Positions 61,790 through 64,000 of a DNA stretch of 64,000 bases are shown here, piece after piece; position 1 is the first letter of the stretch; every line of letters begins with the position of its first letter. This DNA comes from Bdellovibrionota bacterium (GTDB taxonomy: Bacteria > Bdellovibrionota_C > UBA2361 > JAAYZI01). Location: contig JBMNIF010000001.1 in assembly GCA_050950765.1 (NCBI GenBank), positions 288,001-352,000 of the forward strand, given 5' to 3'. The position numbers and the translations under genes were made by a program. The notes under the pieces were generated by a model, which saw only the letters and a program-made list of their open reading frames with translations, made no database searches and was not told where the DNA came from.

Positions 61790-62650
61790 ATGACTAAAAG
61801 TAGAAGTAATTCGACACCTAAGCCAGACTTGGGTCAGTGGTTGGCAGATGTGCGAACACAGGTGTCAAAATTCGAGGAAGCGCTAAGAGAAGCCGTAAGT
61901 AATCTGCTGGAACTCCTTAACCAAGTACCAGAAGAGGCACAACAACAGGCATCGGAAGCGTCGGAAGAACAGGCTTTGGAGCAGGAGCTAAAACAGACGC
62001 TGGAATCTTTGCTGGAACAGCTGCAACAGGCGTCAGGAGCAGAGGCGCTGGCAGATATGCTGGCAAAGGGAAGCGAGCTGATGAGCACTCAGTTGCAGAA
62101 TCGGCTGATGGCAACGATGGGATGGCTAATACATGGAAATGTATCAATGTCGACGCTAATCCAAGCGCTGCCGCTGCTATCGGAAAAAGAGCTGCAGCTT
62201 CAACTAGTACTTAAAGCTGGGTTGATACTGAGAAAACGACTGCTTCTGCAACAACTGCTGGAAAAGGCGGAAGAGATGCAGAAGGAGTTAAAACCTCGAG
62301 CACAGGAAAGCTTACTTCCCTCTCTCGCAATCCTTGCATTGGTTGGGGAGGTTGCAGCAAGTGCTTTGAAGAGAAGTGACTACCATGAGGATACGAAGAT
62401 CTCCGTACCTTTTGGGGACAACCCTCAAGAGCAATTCGAAATCAACATCACGTTTGCCACGCTTCGCCTTGTAGGGGAAACGGGGTGGGACATTTTATTG
62501 ATGTCGTTGCTCCTCGAAGAAAAATCTTATGAAGTCACTCTCAGATCGAGTAGCCAGCAAAGTCTACAAGAACTTCGTTCTCTCGCCGAACAAGTGGATC
62601 CAGAATTGGCGAAGCAGTTGATCACTGCTTTCGTAGAGCGGATCTCATAG
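61790..62650 (+). CDS. Array slot 4 orphan (286 aa, L/E/Q-rich helical)
   Basis: AGGAG SD; long ORF between modules. Confidence 0.82.
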   Translation: MTKSRSNSTPKPDLGQWLADVRTQVSKFEEALREAVSNLLELLNQVPEEAQQQASEASEEQALEQELKQTLESLLEQLQQASGAEALADMLAKGSELMSTQLQNRLMATMGWLIHGNVSMSTLIQALPLLSEKELQLQLVLKAGLILRKRLLLQQLLEKAEEMQKELKPRAQESLLPSLAILALVGEVAASALKRSDYHEDTKISVPFGDNPQEQFEINITFATLRLVGETGWDILLMSLLLEEKSYEVTLRSSSQQSLQELRSLAEQVDPELAKQLITAFVERIS

Positions 62651-62685
62651 TGACTCGAGTCCTTGATTGTTAGTGCTCTTGCTGC

Positions 62686-63198
62686 GTAGACCATCGCGCG
62701 ATGGTTGTTTTCCGCAAAAACTGATTAGGAAAGGAGGTAATATGAGGTTAGAGAGCCAGAGGGAGTATGTAATCTTAACTCTGGCTCTCACCTGATAGGT
62801 TTCAAGTGTTTGCTGTGTGGCTCTCTAACCTTTTAATCTTTATCTATAAGGTGCGTCTTTTTTCTTTTATCTTGTGATCTGCTTCTACAATTAAGGACGC
62901 TTAAACTTTACATTAAACTTTTTACAATTAAATTACTTAAATAAGTTAAGGGCGTTAGGGCCGCTTAAGGCTTGGGTTAAGAGTGGGTGTGCCTTTTTTT
63001 TAGATATAAACGTGTTGCCTTAAAAATAAATTAGACTAAGGGGAGGAGTTGGAGTAAAGTCGTGGTGATAGTCTTCTCCCTGAAGATTAGAAAAAATTTG
63101 GTTAAGTAGAAGAAAAAGTAAGTGTTCTCTCATGACAGTTTTTTACATCTCTGTGATGGGAGAACACGGCGAAAACAAAAGGTAGAAAGGTTTTTATA
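62686..63198 (+). repeat. Array module copy 5 (3' part diverged)
   Basis: GTAGACCATCGCGCGATGG..GAAAGGTTTTTATA. Confidence 0.92.
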
Positions 63199-63316
63199 TA
63201 GTTTATGTTCTCCAAAAAAAATCGTTAAAGACAGCTTCTGTAATATGAATTTGCAGTAAGCTAGTCTGTCACCTTGTTCAACTTCCTTTTGCACTTATGT
63301 GCTGGAAAGGACTTTC

Positions 63317-63781
63317 ATGCAAAAGACGTTTCAGCCACCGGAAACGAAAAAGACCACTTCTCAAGTATTCCTTCACCTTCTCATGGAAATTCTGGGATTC
63401 TTGAACCAAATTGAGCCTAGTGCCGATACCCCCGTTGTTTTGTTGTGCCAAAGGCAAGATGGGAATACGCTGGCGGAAATCACGGCTGAAAAGCCTAACG
63501 CCTCGAAATACATCCTGCGCGCCAAACACGGCAATGACACTTTTACCTTTTCACTTTCTCTCGACCTGCTTGAAGAACTTTGCAAAAAGAGTTCGGACGG
63601 ATTGGAAGAATTGGCGAAAGAAATTGAGCGTGCCCGTCGGGTCCGTCGGGAAAAGGTATCGGGAAAGTGTACTGTGGCGGATGGAATCTTGGCAAAGCTT
63701 CTTCCGTTGATGGATCGAATGGACAATGCCGGTCTTCTGCGTAAGTTGGGTAATGGCTTTAAGATCGTCAAAGAAAGTTGA
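63317..63781 (+). CDS. Array slot 5 orphan (154 aa)
   Basis: AAGGA SD before ATG 63317; same orientation as the other slots. Confidence 0.75.
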   Translation: MQKTFQPPETKKTTSQVFLHLLMEILGFLNQIEPSADTPVVLLCQRQDGNTLAEITAEKPNASKYILRAKHGNDTFTFSLSLDLLEELCKKSSDGLEELAKEIERARRVRREKVSGKCTVADGILAKLLPLMDRMDNAGLLRKLGNGFKIVKES

Positions 63782-63864
63782 CCTTCCATTCCTGTAGCCA
63801 CTAACTAGAAAGGAGGAAAATCCAGTTTAGTGACGAAGGGGGAAATTGAAAGAAAGTTGAAAAA

Positions 63865-63963
63865 GGCTAGCGGTGTCATGACAGAATCTTTTGGATACGA
63901 TTTAATTGGTGATTAGGGGGATTAAGGGGGAATTGAGATGGCTAGCGGTGTCATGACAGAATC
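63865..63963. repeat. 24-bp direct repeat x2 containing the palindrome TGTCATGACA
   Basis: GGCTAGCGGTGTCATGACAGAATC at 63865 and 63940. Confidence 0.85.
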
Positions 63964-64000
63964 CTCAAATGACGATCACCAAAAAGGGGGAAGAGGTTGG

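Noticed and set aside
59012..62653. Stop-codon reassignment explaining in-frame stops in array slots
   Set aside because: Conserved genes here end normally in TGA (nuoH), TAG (nuoM) and TAA, consistent with genetic code 11
58573..63781. Classical integron with attC sites, or a DGR
   Set aside because: Repeats are ~550 bp; I found no convincing RYYYAAC..GTTRRRY attC, no intI or RT, and no adenine-specific TR/VR pair

Overview
Chromosomal window from a moderately AT-rich, Gram-negative (lpxB), flagellated bacterium; the flgFGAHIJMN order and split nuo operon resemble Deltaproteobacteria/Bdellovibrionota (inference). Contents, left to right: a chaperone/Csu-like pilin cluster including an AMIN-Pro/Thr linker-chaperone fusion missing from the ORF track; a class III aminotransferase; nuoH-J-K-L-M-N with a triplicated 223-bp nuoM/nuoN junction; a helical-repeat orphan gene interrupted at a G11 tract; a flagellar operon with a sigma54-type promoter; lpxB; a probably Na+-coupled V-type ATPase (E-X-A-B-D-I-K); an intact IS1634-like element; a frameshifted GT4 plus GH57; an AT-rich RloA/RloB pair and YgjV gene set among modular GGGTGGCACCA repeats; trmFO; signalling genes; two GT-C-like genes; hflX. 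The most unusual feature (58.57-63.78 kb) is a tandem array in which a near-identical ~515-580-bp non-coding module alternates with five highly divergent orphan coding slots. The module supplies an in-frame stop, a strong-SD 17-aa sORF overlapping alternative hairpins, an AT-rich promoter-like segment and a boundary hairpin. No rRNA, tRNA, CRISPR array or integrase was recognised. All calls were made by eye; no database searches were run.
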